A stretch of 63,016 nucleotides of DNA, filler included, from Hyphochytrium catenoides (taxonomy: Eukaryota > Protista > Hyphochytriomycota): assembly GCA_900088475.1 (NCBI GenBank). It is 3 parts of 3 records of this genome, joined end to end, with 100 filler letters (N's around TTAATTAATTAA, not from the genome) between each part and the next. Parts side by side here need not be neighbours in the genome. Positions count along the whole stretch, not along the records: positions 31,432 to 63,016 come from FLMG01002385.1; 2 more parts are not named here. One strand, written 5' to 3'. Made by a program: the position numbers and the translations under genes. The notes under the pieces are model-generated. The model searched no databases, was not told the DNA's origin, and saw only the letters and a program-made list of their open reading frames with translations. Positions 61,201 through 63,016 of the stretch are shown one piece after another; position 1 is the stretch's first letter, and every line of letters begins with the position of its first letter.

Positions 61201-63016
61201 TGATGTGCCAGTGATGATGACGCTTCCATCATCTCTCAGCGCTCGAATATCTATGATCGCAATGAGAGCCATGATAGCCCCGTAAGTGATAAGATAAAGG
61301 CCGAAGTCCCATAGGAAGTTGCCCAGCCAGAAAGCAGGGAGAGAGAGGCCGCTCATAACCTGCTGGAGCTTACAGTTTTGAAGCGGCTCTCTTTCTTTGG
61401 TGATGAAGGCAGCCACAGAGGCAGAGATGAAGGCCAACGCTATCATAATGCAAATGACAGCCACCAGCCCTAAGATATCAATGGCATCGTCCCCCACACT
61501 GATAGTAGAGATCTGGAATCTGTTGGGGAAGGGATGGTTGGTCACATTGATACTGTGCCGTGATCCAGAGACGTAGCGGTAGATGGCTTGGTCAACAAGG
61601 CGCTTGAAGGTTGGCCCAGCCTGGCGCGACGTGGTGTTGACAGCCACAGTATAGCCTACGTGGTTTAGATCCTGATCTCTGAAGTCCAGAACGTAAGCGC
61701 CATAGCGAGCGAAGGCCGTGTTCACAACGGGACTCCTCCCCTTTCTGGCAGTGGACATTTCGTCCGAGATGGTCTGATGATAGAAGAAACAACATGAGAT
61801 AAGAAGAAGTGGTACACCAGCCTAGCCTTCGGAGGCACCAGCTAAAATCTGAGAGTGACATGTAACAGTTCGGCATAAGGATGTGCAAAGAAGGGATCAT
61901 CGAAGGCTCCACCCGGCAACACTGGTGAAGAAGAGTCCCCAGTTCAAGTATGCCGCAGAGGGAAAGACAGACAGACCCAATGCCTTACCCTGACAAAGTC
62001 ATACTCCAAGATGTCCTCAAAGGTATTGCCACTCTTTAGCACATAGGCACCCACTTCCAGCTCGTCCATGAGCCCTCTGCAGCTACTGTCCTGGCTCCCG
62101 CGGGAAAGACAGAGAACAGGAGTTGGGAGAGTGGAACCAGGGCGGCTGTAGCGGAGGTAAGTGTCAGCCTCCAAACTGTATGGCGAAGAGTCCTGCATTA
62201 TCACCAGAAGCGTTACAGTCAGCTACCTGAATGAGACAAGCCCCAATGCAAGAGAAGGCAGAAAGAACGACAAAGGAGAAGGGGACATGATGAAAGAGAC
62301 AAGCACTGGGACGACAGGAGAGTGCTCACTAGATAGGAGCAGCGAGAAGAGAGAGAAAGAGCCTGAGCGAGAGAGTCAACAACATCAGGACAGCGGGAAA
62401 GACAGTGATATAAAGGCAGAAAGAGCGAGTGCGGGGCGCGCGCGCGCGAGAGAGAGAGAGCCAGGAAAGAAACAGGCTCAAGCGAGAGAGAGGGACAGAT
62501 CTGCTGTTACCTTGCTGACTGTAGTTGTGCGCACTACCCAGAACCCCGCCGCTACCATGATAATNNNNNNNNNNNNNNNNNNNNNNNNNNNNNNNNNNNT
62601 GCGTGTGTCTGGATGCTGTCAAGGGAGACAGAGAGCCCACTCTCCACCTGCTGCTGGGAAGTTGTCCCTAACGGTTGACGGTTTCTCTTGTCAAGATAAA
62701 CCTCGTGCTCCCTCGCGATATGCAGGAACACGTCCTCGATGGATCCCACACTTATGCCATAGTTGACTGAAGATAGGCAAACAATAGGGAGAACGATGAT
62801 TAGCGTTTGCGAGAGGAAGAGAAGTAGAAAGCAAAGCGGGAGATCGATGCAAGGTAGCCAGTAAGTCCTAGAAGGCCATTCTAAAAGCAATGAGGTCGCC
62901 CTACCAATCCCGATAGCAACCATAGAATCCTTCAACACCCTGAAGAAGTCCGCCAGTAGGTGAGAGGCAGTGAAGGGCAGCTTGAACACCACCTCAGCAC
63001 CGGAGCAGGAGACGAA
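58284..63016 (-). CDS. ABC transporter subfamily A, 3' half (R1 end, TMD2, NBD2, R2); 5' part lies beyond the window
   Basis: YGISVGSIEDVFL (R1, 62760); TMD2 with FITKERE...KLQQVMSGLSLPAFWLGNFLWD; Walker A GECFGFLGLNGAGKTTT (60295-60247); GYCPQFD; LSGGTRRKLS; LLDEPST|GMDPLAKRHLW; ILTTHSMDEAEAL; GTAQHLKSRFG; YSVSQTSLDQLF; stop at 58284. Confidence 0.95.

Noticed and set aside
1-63016. Non-standard genetic code, CRISPR arrays, rRNA or tRNA genes
   Set aside because: Conserved genes translate with the standard code and end at TAA or TAG. No repeat-spacer array or structural RNA was recognised by eye.
21080-63016. All intron-rich genes on the minus strand, as a polycistronic or ciliary gene cluster
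   Set aside because: The genes lie on different concatenated scaffolds and the number is too small.

Overview
Eukaryotic nuclear DNA with spliceosomal GT-AG introns and very abundant (GA)n/(CT)n microsatellites. The gene content suggests a flagellated protist, probably a stramenopile (inference only). The window is not one locus: two artificial 100-bp linkers (N44-TTAATTAATTAA-N44 at 25583-25682 and 31332-31431) join three separate scaffolds. Host genes: a 3'-truncated WRKY19-like zinc-finger gene missed by the ORF track (minus, 2719 to <1); ribosomal protein eL42/RPL36a; an intronless secreted Cys-repeat protein; a TTLL6/13-like tubulin polyglutamylase; a TPR-like protein; a ~15.4-kb polycystin/REJ-type receptor with crystallin-like and lectin-like domains and a degenerate GPS; and the 3' half of an ABCA transporter. 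Intergenic DNA is full of dead copies: a Ty3/gypsy remnant split by a foreign ORF-bearing insert, and pseudogenes of a WW-domain gene, the Cys-repeat gene and a multicystatin. The most distinctive signal is that these dead copies decay by repeated tandem duplication of triplets, visible in alignments within the window. All assignments are by eye; no database search was run, and exon limits are approximate unless stated.
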